A stretch of 63,003 nt of DNA, counting the filler, from Phoronis australis (lineage: Eukaryota; Animalia; Phoronida), in the NCBI GenBank assembly GCA_002633005.1. It is 7 parts of 7 records of this genome, joined end to end, with 100 filler letters (N's around TTAATTAATTAA, not from the genome) between each part and the next. Parts side by side here need not be neighbours in the genome. Positions count along the whole stretch, not along the records: positions 13,577 to 17,073 come from NMRA01002985.1; positions 17,174 to 40,460 come from NMRA01000252.1; 5 more parts are not named here. One strand, 5' to 3'. How positions within the stretch are numbered: the stretch's first letter is position 1; each line of letters begins with the position of its first letter. The notes beneath the pieces were generated by a model. That model ran no database searches. It worked only from the letters and a program-made list of their open reading frames with translations, and had not been told where the DNA came from. The translations under genes were made by a program, and so were the position numbers. Shown here in pieces: positions 13,577 through 25,773 of this stretch.

Positions 13577-15658
13577 TTTCTGTCTGTGATGTAAGTTAGA
13601 GTTTTCTAATAGGAGTTAGTCATTACACTGCTAACTTATCCCGATTAGAGGCATACCTTACTATGAACAATCTTGCCAAATGCATGCGCGCACCCAGTAC
13701 CACCCAGCCTAAAAATGGAGTCCTTGAATTTTTGAGAATGTGGACCTTTTACTGAGATTCACATTGGTACGTTCAGACTTTAGTCTCGTTTTCTACCCTT
13801 TTTTCGGAGTTTTTGTTTGTTTGAGACGGACCCTTTTGCCCACTCAACCCAATGGAGCCCCCCTGAGTGCGCAAATAAAATGTTTCATGGCTTGAATACC
13901 ATAATATTAATACACCTGTATGCGAGCATTGCCTATCAACAACACAGCTACCACTTAGTGTTGGAAAATGTTTTCAGCTTGGTTACTAGAATAAAATATT
14001 AAGTTTCTAAAGGACGTTAAACAAAACATCCACACTCAATTAGTATTTTTCCTTATATCAATGTGACGAGTTCAGCATCACCTCCAGTGAGTCCCTATTC
14101 AATTAAGTCAAGGCTGTTTTGAAATTCTCGTGCAGATGCAGAAAGCGTGATTTGCATTGTTTATCTAACCAAAATAAAACTAAAGAACTGAAAGAATAAC
14201 AATATCATTCATGACTTTTGTAAGTACTATGGTCATATCTATACGCGACTTCAAATGAGAACTATTTCGTTTTTAATGCAGTGAATGCACGGGTGATTAG
14301 TCTGAGCCGTGTAGGGCTTAGGGTAACTTTGCTCAAGGTAGATTATGTCTCATAATTATCATGAGCATCTGTTTTTGTTTCATGACACCTGGTATTTTGT
14401 CAGTAATTCTGTACAAGAACTGCTGTCATCAAGAAGCTTGTTTATCACAAGCACTGATCTAAGGTCCATTTTGTGGAGTAGAACAATTACTGCATTAGGA
14501 ATGTCTTCGCTGCAATAAAAAGCCGTCTAAAATATACTAACATACTATGGACTGAAACTCATAATTTTTCAAACTGTTTGACATTTGAAATTGAATTCAT
14601 CGTAAAATGTTTGGTGAGGATCATTTTTAAGGGAAAAGGTTAGAAAATAAGACAAAATAACTGATGCATTAACTTTCAGTTCTCCACTACCAAATTTAAT
14701 AACTCTTTGAATCGTAGTATACGGTATCATTGGCGTGCGAGCTCTAATACCATGCAGACAAAAGACAATGCGGCAACCCCTAAGAATGCACTAGATTGAT
14801 AAATGGATTGACCCTCAATTTGGAAACTTACCTGTATGTCATCTGGAGTTGAAACCAAACAGGAGGTTTTTGTTATAGTTCCTCGTTTTACACCACCACA
14901 CAATGGACTGAGTGGAGGTCAGTGCTTGTGCGGCAGGATTTGTCTCAGAGTTTCTAGTTTGAAACTCATACTGCCAGTTTTGACTTCACTTAATTATTGC
15001 TGTCAGCCTTTAAACTTGACAGTCGAACTGTTGTTAAAATACACAATACTATTTCCCTGACCATTTTTGAATAATTTTAAGAACTGCTCAATGAAAAGCA
15101 AATCATCAATGCAAAGCCGACTTTATTATAGCTACACACAGCTCAGTATAATCATCCTTCATTTGGTCAAAGAAACTAAGTTTTCGTCTTGACCAATTAC
15201 TGGTCTCAGCTTATTCCTCACACAGACAAGAATTAGTCTGGCAAGATGATTGTTCGTTATTGTTGTGATGTTATAGTTTTCTATGACATCCTTTTGTGAC
15301 GTCATTCTTAATTCCTGTCTATATATTTTACATTTCTTTTATAGGTTTCTGCTTCTTTCTATTACGAAAACATACAGTTATTATTCAAGGTGGACTAATA
15401 ACATGACACGGCTTGACAAAATCAACTTGTAGAGTCTGGTCTCATGCAATGATGAGCTGTCAATTTTTTCCAAGCCACAAATTAATCTCATCTTTTTTGA
15501 CTGTGGAACAATTTTGAGTAGTCTAAATCAAAAGTTGTTTTTGTGACAGAGGGGGATTTAGAGCGTCGCTGAAGTAGGAGTCCAGTTCATTTAAGTGTTA
15601 AAAAGATAACTAAGTGTGGTCATCCATACCCAGTACAATTGGGTGGTTTCTCTTTCAG

Positions 15659-15797
15659 GTGCTGGTAGTGTGCTTGAAGCCCTGGCTGCCAACAAGAAGT
15701 TGATTGTGATTGTCAATGAGGATCTAATGGACAACCACCAGGTGGAGCTAGCAGAAGCTCTTTCAGCTGGACAGCACTTGTTCTATGGAACACCATC
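15659..15797 (+). CDS. ALG13: Internal exon of UDP-GlcNAc transferase subunit ALG13 (GT28 C-terminal domain)
   Basis: GAGSVLEALAANKKLIVIVNEDLMDNHQVELAEALSAGQHLFYGTP matches the ALG13 GAGS..E.L...K..VV.N..LM.NHQ.ELA motif; tttcag acceptor and gtgagt donor. Confidence 0.93.
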
Positions 15798-17073
15798 GTG
15801 AGTTTTATATTAATACACAGGTGTTTTGCATTCCCCATAAGCAGAATTAGGTATTATGAGTGATATAGCTGGATTAACCTCTTCCTCTATCCTTCTAGTT
15901 AAAACTGGAATCTCTCTGGACACTGAGAGGTTTTTGTGGATACTCACTCTTAAAGGAAAATGGTTTATATTAAAGTGTTGTGCATCTAGGTGGATTTAGG
16001 GGGGGGGGGGTTTGGCCTCTATGCAGACAAGGCCAAAAATGCAAAAATATCAATGTGATTATTGGGCAATCATACACTGATACGTTTTTTTTCTAAAGTT
16101 GCGAGTGTCCCTCCCTTAAAACATCCTTGAAAAGTAAATAGTAGCCGTCTTCGAATTTTCAGAATCAATGCACTATAAGAGAAATTAGTGAATAGGTTTC
16201 CTTCAGCATCATGGCTAAGCAATGAGGATTAATTTGTGAATCGATAGGATGGGTTAGTCACAGTCTGGCTTAGGCTCACTTAGGCATTGGGGTAACAAAA
16301 CCCCAAATGTTAACGTAGGAGTTGTCTAATGTTCAAAAGCAAATGTTGTGAGATGTTGAGGATGTGTGTTTATTTGCATGGCTCATTTGCTGACACAAAT
16401 GCCTTCACCAAGTGCCTATTTTTCCACCTGAATACAGCAGGGTGCTGCTGAAAACTCCGGACGACAGAAATCGTAGCCAGTCCAGATATCAATCTAGTCC
16501 ATCATGAAACGCTCCCATGCTCTATTGTCTATCATCATGACTAGCATGCCAGTTTTTTTCCACAGTTCCGTTACTAGAATCAAAACCTAATGCATCTATT
16601 TTAGCTAGTTTGTATCAGATTTTTTGTGTAAGGATGATCCTAACTTGACTTTTTACTAGGAATTCAATTTCCGACAAAAGCCAAACATTCCAAAAATCAT
16701 CTGTTTTAGTCCACGATATATCAGTTTATTTCCGCCACTAATTTATTGCCGCAAAGCCATCGCTAATGCGGTAATTGCTCTGCTTCTGACAAAAGAACCT
16801 TAGATCAATCCCCCTGATAAACATGCTTCTTGATGACAGTGGCTCTTGTACAAAACTATTGACAAAGTACAACGTACAACAAACCCAAATTGCTAATGAA
16901 ATGGCCAAGTATGACATTTTGAAAATGAAAATTTGGAATGTTTGGGTGTGGAGCAAGCCTCAATGTTGACCAATAAGTACACACTAGCATACTGATGAAA
17001 ACACTGCAGTCATCCATTCTCAGACCAGCATCTAAGTGAGAAAAGCATTGTGTCATTGCAGACTGCAGGGGAG

Positions 17074-17173
17074 NNNNNNNNNNNNNNNNNNNNNNNNNNN
17101 NNNNNNNNNNNNNNNNNTTAATTAATTAANNNNNNNNNNNNNNNNNNNNNNNNNNNNNNNNNNNNNNNNNNNN
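17074..17173. other. Artificial contig spacer
   Basis: N44-TTAATTAATTAA-N44. Confidence 0.98.
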
Positions 17174-18055
17174 GTGTGTGTGTGCTTGTGTGTGCGCGTG
17201 CGTGTTATGTTGAAAGCAGTGTTTTACATGATCTTGGGGCCCAACTGATAAGTTCTTCACTCATGATTCATGTTAAATAGCTGTTATGAACAATTACAAT
17301 TCACTATGTGAATTTGGACGCCCTAGCACTAATATGGAAGCCCTGGCAAGGACGCCCAATGTATCATTTGGACGCCCAATGTATCATTTGGACGCCCATT
17401 ATCAATAGGAACCTTTCAGTTTGGACACACACATTGTAATGATCACTAGGAAGCCTATAAAGACTCACAGTGGTGGCTCTTTTTTCAAAGCAGGAAGAAA
17501 TATGCAATGTATATATAAAGTACATACAATGTTGCACTTGGTTGATAGCATTGTAAAAGTCTTGGTCTGCACAGTTTTTTTTTGTAGAAAATGCTCACTA
17601 CAGAAAGCTGTTTTGTAAACTTAGATGTAAAAACCTTGGTCTATGCATTTTTTGTAAAAAATAATCTGCGTGTTTGGGGGGATTGCTGGTGGTGGGGGTT
17701 ACGCGTCGGAATCATGGACGCCCTGGAATATTGGGAACCCCATTTTGGACACCCTATTTTCGAAATCCTGGATAAAGGCCTGTGCGGAGAGGAACCTTTT
17801 ACTCACTTTTGAGGATTTTATAAAGGACTACGGGAATTTTGCAGAACTTTAAATCAGAGGACAATGGGCACACGATCGGCCCCACAACAGAGGGGTCAAG
17901 GTTCTTGTGGGTATTGCTTATACTGAAGGTCTATTGTACATGGTTGTTTGCAAGTGATTGTTAATTTTTGAACATCCAAATTTTGTTTAGCATCTTTGTT
18001 AACTCGTGCATTATGTAGTGACAGTGCTGTAGTGTTGTTATGCTATACCTTTCAG

Positions 18056-18171
18056 GATCAGTATGACAACTTGGCCAAACACACAGAGAAGGGGATTGAG
18101 TTTTGTGAGAAGTATGTACATTTCCTGAAGGAGAGGTGTGCTATAGAGGCAGAGTATGCTGGCAAACTCAA
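18056..18171 (+). CDS. FNBP1: FNBP1/FNBP1L/CIP4-like F-BAR gene, FCH exon (DQYDNLAKHTEKGIEFCEKYVHFLKERCAIEAEYAGKLK)
   Basis: Classic FCH signature; ttcag/gtaagt; 116 nt, phase 0-2. Confidence 0.95.
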
Positions 18172-18195
18172 GTAAGTTACTGCTTCTGGGTGACA

Positions 18196-18337
18196 CTGTC
18201 ACAGGTATATACAGGGATATTCCTGTATCCCTGCATATGGATATCACAGGTATACACAGGGATATTCTTGTATCCCTGTATATGGATATCACATGTATAC
18301 ACAGGGATATTCTTGTATCCCTGTATATGGATATCAC
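18196..18337. repeat. 41-nt intronic minisatellite, about 3.5 copies
   Basis: Unit tcacaggtatacacagggatattcttgtatccctgtatatggata; produces spurious repetitive ORFs. Confidence 0.9.
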
Positions 18338-19500
18338 TGTCAACATTAAGGAGGTTTTATGTAGGATTGGACTGCATCGTTGACAATCTGTTGAAGAGTC
18401 CCGTTTGTTTTTAAGCTTAGTTGCCATTTTCTTCTAGTTAAATGTTCATTTTTGTTCGAACCTTTCTTAACATGCAGTTTGTTAGACAAGGTTATGAGAT
18501 TTTGTCAAATTTATCAATTAACGTACAACTTGAGAATTTTTTATCAGTTCTAAAAAGCTGCTGTCGCCTAACACCAGTCTTGACTTTATCCACCCTCATA
18601 CAGTTCTAAAGATGAAGGAAAGTAGACATACTGACTCCTTATTCTATGACATGATGGCCGTGTGCAAACCAAATTCCGCAAACCAAATTGCTGTTTGAAG
18701 ATTGAGTTCACCATCATAGTTGGTATCTGTCACTGCAGGAAGTTAATGAAATGTAAAAGCTCACTTTTCAAACTGTTAGGTTATAAGCAATCATAAACAA
18801 AACTGGTCATCTTCAAACTGAAACACTGCTCTATAAGAGGCCTTCAATGGATACACTGTATTTAGGTGGAGTAGTCAGATGGAACTGTTGGGTTTACAGT
18901 TAGTCATTTGTTATCTATATTGTGTGGAAAATGGAGTCTCACTTTGGCCACACTTGAAGTCATGCCCAGCTGACGCTGTTTGCATGTGCCTTGAGATCTA
19001 CAGTTGGTGGAATTTCATACAATTTGGCAAATTAGTTCCCATCGTGTAGACAACAGCAGCGGTTTCAGATGGATGTGATCTATGTTGCGCCCCCTAGTGG
19101 CATTTCTGTTGTTTTTGCGTTGTCCTTCCATGTAAGTCCCTATCTGCCATGTTCTTGAAAACTGTGATAAAGTCACCAGTCCCTTCAGACTTGCTTCACA
19201 GCACTCCTTGGTGCTGTTGTTGAGTTTACTAGTTGAGTTTCATTTTGAATGTTTGAAATGGTGATCATGTCTTGATTCTGTACTGTACGCCATGGCGGTA
19301 ATCTTGTCATCTGTTGACTTCGTGTTGAGGATTAGAAAGAGGGCAACATCTCGCTTCACTCTCCACATTTTTTTCTGTAACATGTAATGAATCACTGTGA
19401 ACACACTGGTAGCCTTTTATCAAATGTTTTCCCAGTTAACTCCTCATTCAGTGTATCACGGTGTCTTCATCTTTACTATGTGGAGTTATCTCCCTTACAG

Positions 19501-19551
19501 GAAGCTACACAAAAATGCTCAACCAAAGAAGAGGGAGGAGGATGACTACCA
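19501..19551 (+). CDS. FNBP1: FNBP1-like exon (KLHKNAQPKKREEDDYQ)
   Basis: ttacag/gtgagt; 51 nt, phase 2-2, joins both neighbours in frame. Confidence 0.9.
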
Positions 19552-20825
19552 GTGAGTAGTGTTTGTTAATGGTTGAATTCATGCTAAGGGGTACAGTCAT
19601 AGTGATGTCAAAAACATGATAATTTATTTCTGTTTCTGTGGTTATTAAGTGGTGAACACTGTTTAATTATAATTTAACATATTGAAGATATAACAGAAAT
19701 AGTTTCAGATTTTTTACAGAATTCACAGTTTGATCTCAAAATCGAGCAAATTTACAGACTTGGTATTGTGACATTCGAAACCAGCCATTTTCGAATAAAG
19801 TTAAAATACTTGCACAAGGCTGCAATTATGGTTTGTTTATTTTAAGTCTTTAAAGAAGTGAATAAAACAGCTAAAATTCATTGCAGATCTTTCCGTAACA
19901 ATCTATAATTAGCCAAATTAATTTCTCACAAATGTGATGACGGTCATGACGCGTGCCGTCAAACCCCGCGGACGAACTTCAGACGAATGATTTCCCGTAT
20001 TGTTGACGACCGATGAATTCAAAAAGTAACTTCAAGCAACATTCGAAATGTCAGGACCAGTTTCTTTGAAATGCGCAAGGATTTTGTTTAACAAAGGCTT
20101 CATACAAAAGCTCCTCTGTGAATTCCGTCAAGTAATCACGACCGCTATGGCCATCTAAAATTGACAATTTTTCGAAGTACACCACTTCACTAAGCCAGAC
20201 AACAGGTACATTGTGTCTGTCAGAAGGTGAGCTGTCAATATCGGCTGCTGGATGTATACAATAGTGTTGAAACACAAGGTTAGTGAATTCCGTCAAACAA
20301 TTTTGCCACGTCATGACCATTATCGAAAGCCAGGCCCCAACATTTTATCGGAAAATTATGTAGTTGTAATGGATTGTTTACATTTTCAAATTCAAGACAC
20401 ATGAATCACAGTAAAACATGCATAGGTAGACAAGTGTTATTTTCGTTTTCAAGCTTGCGAGACTACAGAACCAGGGCGGACTGATAATGGCCTTGGTGTT
20501 GGGCAACATTGCCTGTAAAATCGTGTGTCAAAAGTCACAACCGTTATTTAGTATAATGTCATTTGTCATGACCACAATATCTGTAAAAATTCTTTTGAAA
20601 ATCGTAACGTATGTGTTATAACTTGTATTTTTGACGGAATCATTTCGTAAATCAGCAATGCCACTATTTTGCGTTAAAAAGTAGTTTACTTTTAATTCCG
20701 ATATATGTTCCATTGTTTTTGTTATAACCATCGTGATTTGGATGTAATCCCCACAAAGCACGAATGATGCACCATTAAAAGTACATTGAGGAATCGGTCA
20801 ATAGTGGACAGTGATCAAATCGGAA

Positions 20826-21015
20826 AACCTTGAATAACTCTAGGCTGGTAAGTTGTAGTGACAAGTAAGTCACATGTAGTAGAGATAGTCTGTGAATAAT
20901 TCTGGACTGGTAAGTTTTAGTGACAGGTCAATCACACAGTAGAGATAGTCTGTGAATAATTCTGGACTGAGGTAAGTTTTAGTGACAAGTCAATCACACA
21001 GTGATAGTCTGTGAG
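20826..21015. repeat. About 60-nt tandem repeat, about 3 copies
   Basis: Repeated gaataattctggactggtaagttttagtgaca...agagatagtctgt. Confidence 0.8.
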
Positions 21016-21795
21016 GACTGAGGAGACATGTCAATGTACTAACTGTGAAATGGTTTGGTCAAGATATCATAGAACAAAGATAACTAAAGAAATGTCCATC
21101 GCAGCGCCGTGTTGTGCCATGGTTTGCCTTTGACATACAGTCCTAGATAAACACTGTACTTAAATGTATGTAAATAAGAGTGACGAAAAATGCGACCTCT
21201 ATCACAATTATGTTATGCCAAGATAGTTGCAGAGCTCTATATTTTCATTGATGATAACGGATGAAGCAGTCCATCCACTTAACAAATTTTGCGCAGATCC
21301 GTCCAGAGACGTTGGAGATACCCACACAAACTTGGAGAGCTAAAGATCACTAATTGTTAGAGGAAAACAAAATATCAGACTTGTGAATAGCACACTTCTG
21401 AATCGCCTGTGAAATGGTCAAGACACAGAAAAATCCCAGCGAATCAAAAGTGGAAAACGGCCATCACAATGCCATATTGCTTCAGATTTCAATCCAAAAC
21501 AGTAGGCTTTGAGCCATTGATAAGTCACATGTTGTGTGTAAATTCTTCCCTTATCGAGGACAATTATGGCAGTATTTTGTAAACAACGGCAGTAATCCAG
21601 TGAAACTTTTTTAAAAGGTGTGAAACTGATCACACATGTTTTATATTGAATAAATGTCAGTCTTGCTCATTTTAAACAACCTCTATATGAAGCTGTTTGT
21701 GTTCTCTGTGCAGACAACCACCATTTATCTGTAATTGCATGTTTTATCATGTACAGAGTTCTGTGCAGTGAAACACCATTACTCTCTAATTGCAG

Positions 21796-22006
21796 GTTCT
21801 CCCATACGCAGAGTTTCCTGACTATGACCAAAGAAGTGTATGACTTGGCGGGTCAACATGAGGTCATCGCTGAGACCCTCAACTCTTCTGTCATTAAAGA
21901 CATGCAGACTCTCATCTCGGAGCTGAAGGTGGAACGCAGGAAATACCTGGCAGAATACCTCGAATGTGAGAGAAAGTTGGCCAAACAGATAGGTGTGCTT
22001 GACAAT
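21796..22006 (+). CDS. FNBP1: FNBP1-like F-BAR exon (FSHTQSF...DLAGQHEVIAETL...ELKVERRK...VLDN)
   Basis: AGQHEVIAE motif; ttgcag/gtaagt; 211 nt, phase 2-0. Confidence 0.95.
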
Positions 22007-22239
22007 GTAAGTACGCTACAAGAAATGTTCTATAGTGTTTTAAGTCGTGCTAGTAATGTCTGGGTTGTATCAGAGATTGTCATTCAACTTATTCCTTATC
22101 TTGACTCTTCAACAAGTAAACCAGGAATTTCACTAAACTTGAAAGAAAACATGCTTGTCTAAATTATTGAGTTGTACACCGTTTGCGTCAACGATAACCT
22201 AGACGTTCGTTGTGTTAGGCGTGGATAGTACAAATTCAT

Positions 22240-22398
22240 GGTTCTATTGAACTAGCCCATCAGTTCACTCACTGGGTTATGACTGAGTACATGGTTCAAA
22301 TGATCTAACCCATCAGTTCACTCACAAGGTTATGTACTGAGTACATGGTTCAAATGAACTAACCTGTCGGTTCACTCACTGGGTTATGTTCTGAGTAT
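22240..22398. repeat. About 60-nt tandem repeat, about 3 copies
   Basis: Repeated catggttcaaatga.ctaacc..tcagttcactcac.gggttatg..ctgagta. Confidence 0.8.
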
Positions 22399-22564
22399 CT
22401 CATTATTATAAAGCCGATTACTTGCAACCTCTCACAGAAAATGGTGTCACAACCTTGAGATTCCGTAAAAAGTAGAGTGATGAGTCTTCCACATTGATGA
22501 GTGATTTTAAATTATTCTGTCTCTAAAAGAGGTCAGAGGGACCCGTTCCATGTAATATGTTAGG

Positions 22565-22792
22565 TGTTACAGTGACTGGCTCCATATTACACGTGTAGGG
22601 TCACAATGACCAGTTCCATGTTACATGTGTGGGGTCACAATGACCAGTTCCATGTTAAATGTCGGGTTACACTGACCAACTCTGTGTTACACGTGTGGGG
22701 TCACAATGACCAGTTCCATGTTACATGTGTGGGGTCACAATGACCAGTTCCATGTTACATGTGTGGGGTTACAGTGACCAGTTCCATGTTAC
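22565..22792. repeat. About 35-nt minisatellite, about 6 copies
   Basis: Unit gggtcacaatgaccagttccatgttacatgtgtg. Confidence 0.9.
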
Positions 22793-22914
22793 TGGAAGTC
22801 TGTCTTTATTCCCTTCATGCACTTTACACATGTTCAGATCATGAAGACGTTGAAGAATTATTTCAGCGCATTACTCTATTATCTCAAATAAACACAGAAA
22901 AGTTGTGAAGCCTA

Positions 22915-22990
22915 ACTGTGAATCAAACCACAGGTCTTTATACTGCCGGTCTAGTGCTCATACCACGGAGCTGCTGAGGACCCGATATCT
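22915..22990 (-). mobile_element. Decayed tRNA-derived SINE head
   Basis: Reverse complement has an A-box-like cagctccgtggtatgagcact and a B-box-like gtggtttgattcac. Confidence 0.4.
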
Positions 22991-23356
22991 GTGCCATTAC
23001 TGTTCTGTTTGCAGCCAATTGTTATGTCATCCATGCCATAAGTAACATTTTGCCTTTCTTCACACAACATTTGGACTGGTGTTCGAGAGACCTGTGATTC
23101 AATTCCCAGTTGGGCTTCCTGACTTGTTTGTGTTTATTTGATATATTTCACTATTGGCCAATCTCAGTGTCTATATTAACTACTCTTTTAGTTCATTTAA
23201 CTCTATTGCTGCGTCCATTGTCAACTGCGATTGTGTTTGCAGTCATACATAAAAGTCAACTTTTCTCTGAAAGTTCCCCATAGTGCAGTGTGTGTGAAGC
23301 GTATGAGAGGGTGAAGTACGCAGCCTAACTTTACAGTCACATGACTCATGTTGTAG

Positions 23357-23461
23357 TCAAAGAAACAATATGAGAAAGCATTTCGAGAGGCAGAGAGGGC
23401 ACAGGAAGCATACAAGAAGGCTGATGCTGACATCTACCTGTCGCGAGCAGAGGTGGAAAAG
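23357..23461 (+). CDS. FNBP1: FNBP1-like exon (SKKQYEKAFREAERAQEAYKKADADIYLSRAEVEK)
   Basis: ttgtag/gtgaga; 105 nt, phase 0-0. Confidence 0.95.
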
Positions 23462-23820
23462 GTGAGACGTGGACAAAAGCTGTCAATCAACCATTTGTAT
23501 GAGTCAGGTGTATCCAACAAGTTGTGATCACTACCACTATTGGGAGTGTACAAAACATGCAGATGTGCAATTAGCTCCACCTGTTGAGGGTAATTGGAAA
23601 CACACCTTTTCTCATGTCCAGTTTCCCTGACTGCGTAAAATTGATATTTTTCAAGTTCATTAAATAGTGAATAGTTGGACATTGTAACTTAAATTGCTAT
23701 TCATGACATCTGTTGGTGATGTTTGTAGGTGTCATCTGTTGTTGATATCAAATGATGGTATTTGTTCATAACATTTGTCAGAGACATCTGTTGGTGATAT
23801 GCGCTGATCATCCCTTGTAG

Positions 23821-23949
23821 GCCAAGAATATCTCCATGCAGAAGAACAAGTTGTGCGACGACAGTAAGAGCGAGTACGCCTGTCAGCTTCAGAAGTCCAA
23901 TGATGACCAGAGAGAACACTATAACACGCTCATACCAAAAACACTACAG
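23821..23949 (+). CDS. FNBP1: FNBP1-like exon (AKNISMQKNKLCDDSKSEYACQLQKSNDDQREHYNTLIPKTLQ)
   Basis: ttgtag/gtgaac; 129 nt, phase 0-0. Confidence 0.95.
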
Positions 23950-24549
23950 GTGAACTGAAGATATATTTTACACAATGTATTTCCCCTCCATGTGTTGGCC
24001 CTTAACATCAATACCATATTTAATCAATCCACTTCTATTGAAAAAGTTCTAAATACTACAAGGTAGACGTACCCTGCTGATCTTTACTGCTTTATATGCC
24101 AATGGTATCTCAGATGGTTCTGAAAAGTTCCAGTTATAGGTATCACAGGATTGTCTTACCTGCAGTTGTCATTATTACATTCTTATTTACTATACCTAGT
24201 GAGATTAGCGGATTGGTCAAGGCAGTTGATATCTTGGATGTCCAACACGAAGCTACAGTTGTGGCCACTATATAACATTGGTGTAAGCTTGGCCATGCAT
24301 GAACAACATGAGCTGTGGGAGAGTTTTGGAAGGCCTCTAGTCTTCTGAAGTCTTTTCACTCACCTTAGCCTCCTGGTTTGGAACTCTTGCAGTTATGTTA
24401 TGTGATATGTTGTGAAGGCTCGGTGCTTACGTCATCTGAAAGGCTTTGATTGAGAAATCAAAACCACATCATGTGTTAACATGTAATACGTTATTTACTA
24501 ACAATGAAGGACATTGTTGAACTTATTGTTGCACTATTGCCTGTTGTAG

Positions 24550-24696
24550 TCATTACAAGATATGGATGAAAAGAGGATATGTCAAATCCAAGAGTTTATG
24601 AAGTCGTCGGCGGACATTGAGCGAAAAGTTAGTCCCATTATAAACACGTGCGTCGACGGCATGACAAGAGCATCTGAAGCTATAGATGCCAGCGCA
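24550..24696 (+). CDS. FNBP1: FNBP1-like exon (SLQDMDEKRICQIQEFMKSSADIERKVSPIINTCVDGMTRASEAIDASA)
   Basis: LQDMDEKRI motif; ttgtag/gtaagt; 147 nt, phase 0-0. Confidence 0.95.
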
Positions 24697-24815
24697 GTAA
24701 GTTATCACAGCATCTGAAGCTATAGATGCCAGCGCAGTAAGCTACTAGAGCATCTGACGCTATAGATGCCAGTGCAGTAAGTTACTACATCATCTGAGGC
24801 TACAGATGCCTGTGG
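24670..24815 (+). repeat. 40-nt tandem repeat made of the exon 3' end plus the splice donor
   Basis: gcatctgaagctatagatgccagcgca|gtaag repeated; donors at 24697, 24737 and 24777. Confidence 0.95.
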
Positions 24816-25518
24816 TGTAGTTATGAGTATCGGGACATCAAGTAACTGTTGCGCTACAATTGTTACATATGAACATCTTAAGAATGTCGGTAGTTGCACT
24901 TTGAGTAAGTGATGTGCTGATTCGTAGAGAATGTGACTTTATGTACATTGTTTTAAAAGTACTTCTAACGGGACATCACAGTGTGCTCTTTGAAGAGTGT
25001 CTCACAAAATGCATAGATCAAATGATACACTACATGATTAACCCTATCGTTGTTGACGTGTGTGCACCTCTATTAATTCAGTGTGTACAAACTCTGGTTA
25101 GTCACTTAGCAGAAAATAAATGGATTCTAAGATTTGAATTTCTTTCGTTAAGGACTTCGACCAGAGCTCACATATTTCAATAATTCTTGTTTTACGCTTT
25201 TTATAGCGAATGCTTCGTGATATAATCCATGAAAATGGTCACTCAATACTGAGTGAGGTCACAGATCAACTGACGTTCATTTTAGTAGTTGAATATTCTA
25301 TTCCCAATTTTGAGAGGCTGGTGTCAGTTAAGATGGGAAGTGAAAATGAGAGAGAGGGGGTCTTCAGTGTTGTCTGGTTATATTTTTGTCACAGAAGTCT
25401 CAAACAACATACATTCCACGATGCTGCACTCGTGCGTATGATGCTGGTCTCGTACTCACAATGCTGGACTTGTGTGTACGATGCTGGACTCGTGAATCTC
25501 TCCGCGTTTGTGTTACAG

Positions 25519-25639
25519 GATTCCAAGCTAGTTATAGAGAAATACAAATCGGGCTTCCAACCCCCTGCAGACATTCCTTTCGAAGACTTGAGTGACTCGG
25601 CCAGTATCGGTGACACAAACTCAAGCACGCCAGTTTCAG
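25519..25639 (+). CDS. FNBP1: FNBP1-like exon (DSKLVIEKYKSGFQPPADIPFEDLS...)
   Basis: YKSGF.PP.DI.FEDLS motif; ttacag/gtagga; 121 nt, phase 0-1. Confidence 0.95.
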
Positions 25640-25773
25640 GTAGGAATGGGGGCGTGGCTAGATGGTAAGGGGTGTAGTTTGTAGGATAAAAGAAGCGTAT
25701 GGTATAGAATATCTAGAAAACAACAGATTTTAATTCAGTAAAAGTAGAAAGCCTGTAGAATTTTGGTTTTTAC

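Noticed and set aside
15659-18171. ALG13 to F-BAR fusion or nested gene
   Set aside because: An artificial spacer (17074-17173) separates the exons, so adjacency is unproven; the phases also do not match (2 versus 0)
18038-18427. Repetitive ORFs on both strands
   Set aside because: Translations of an intronic minisatellite and the antisense of a real exon
22915-23115. tRNA genes
   Set aside because: Only degenerate A/B-box remnants with no cloverleaf; SINE heads at best
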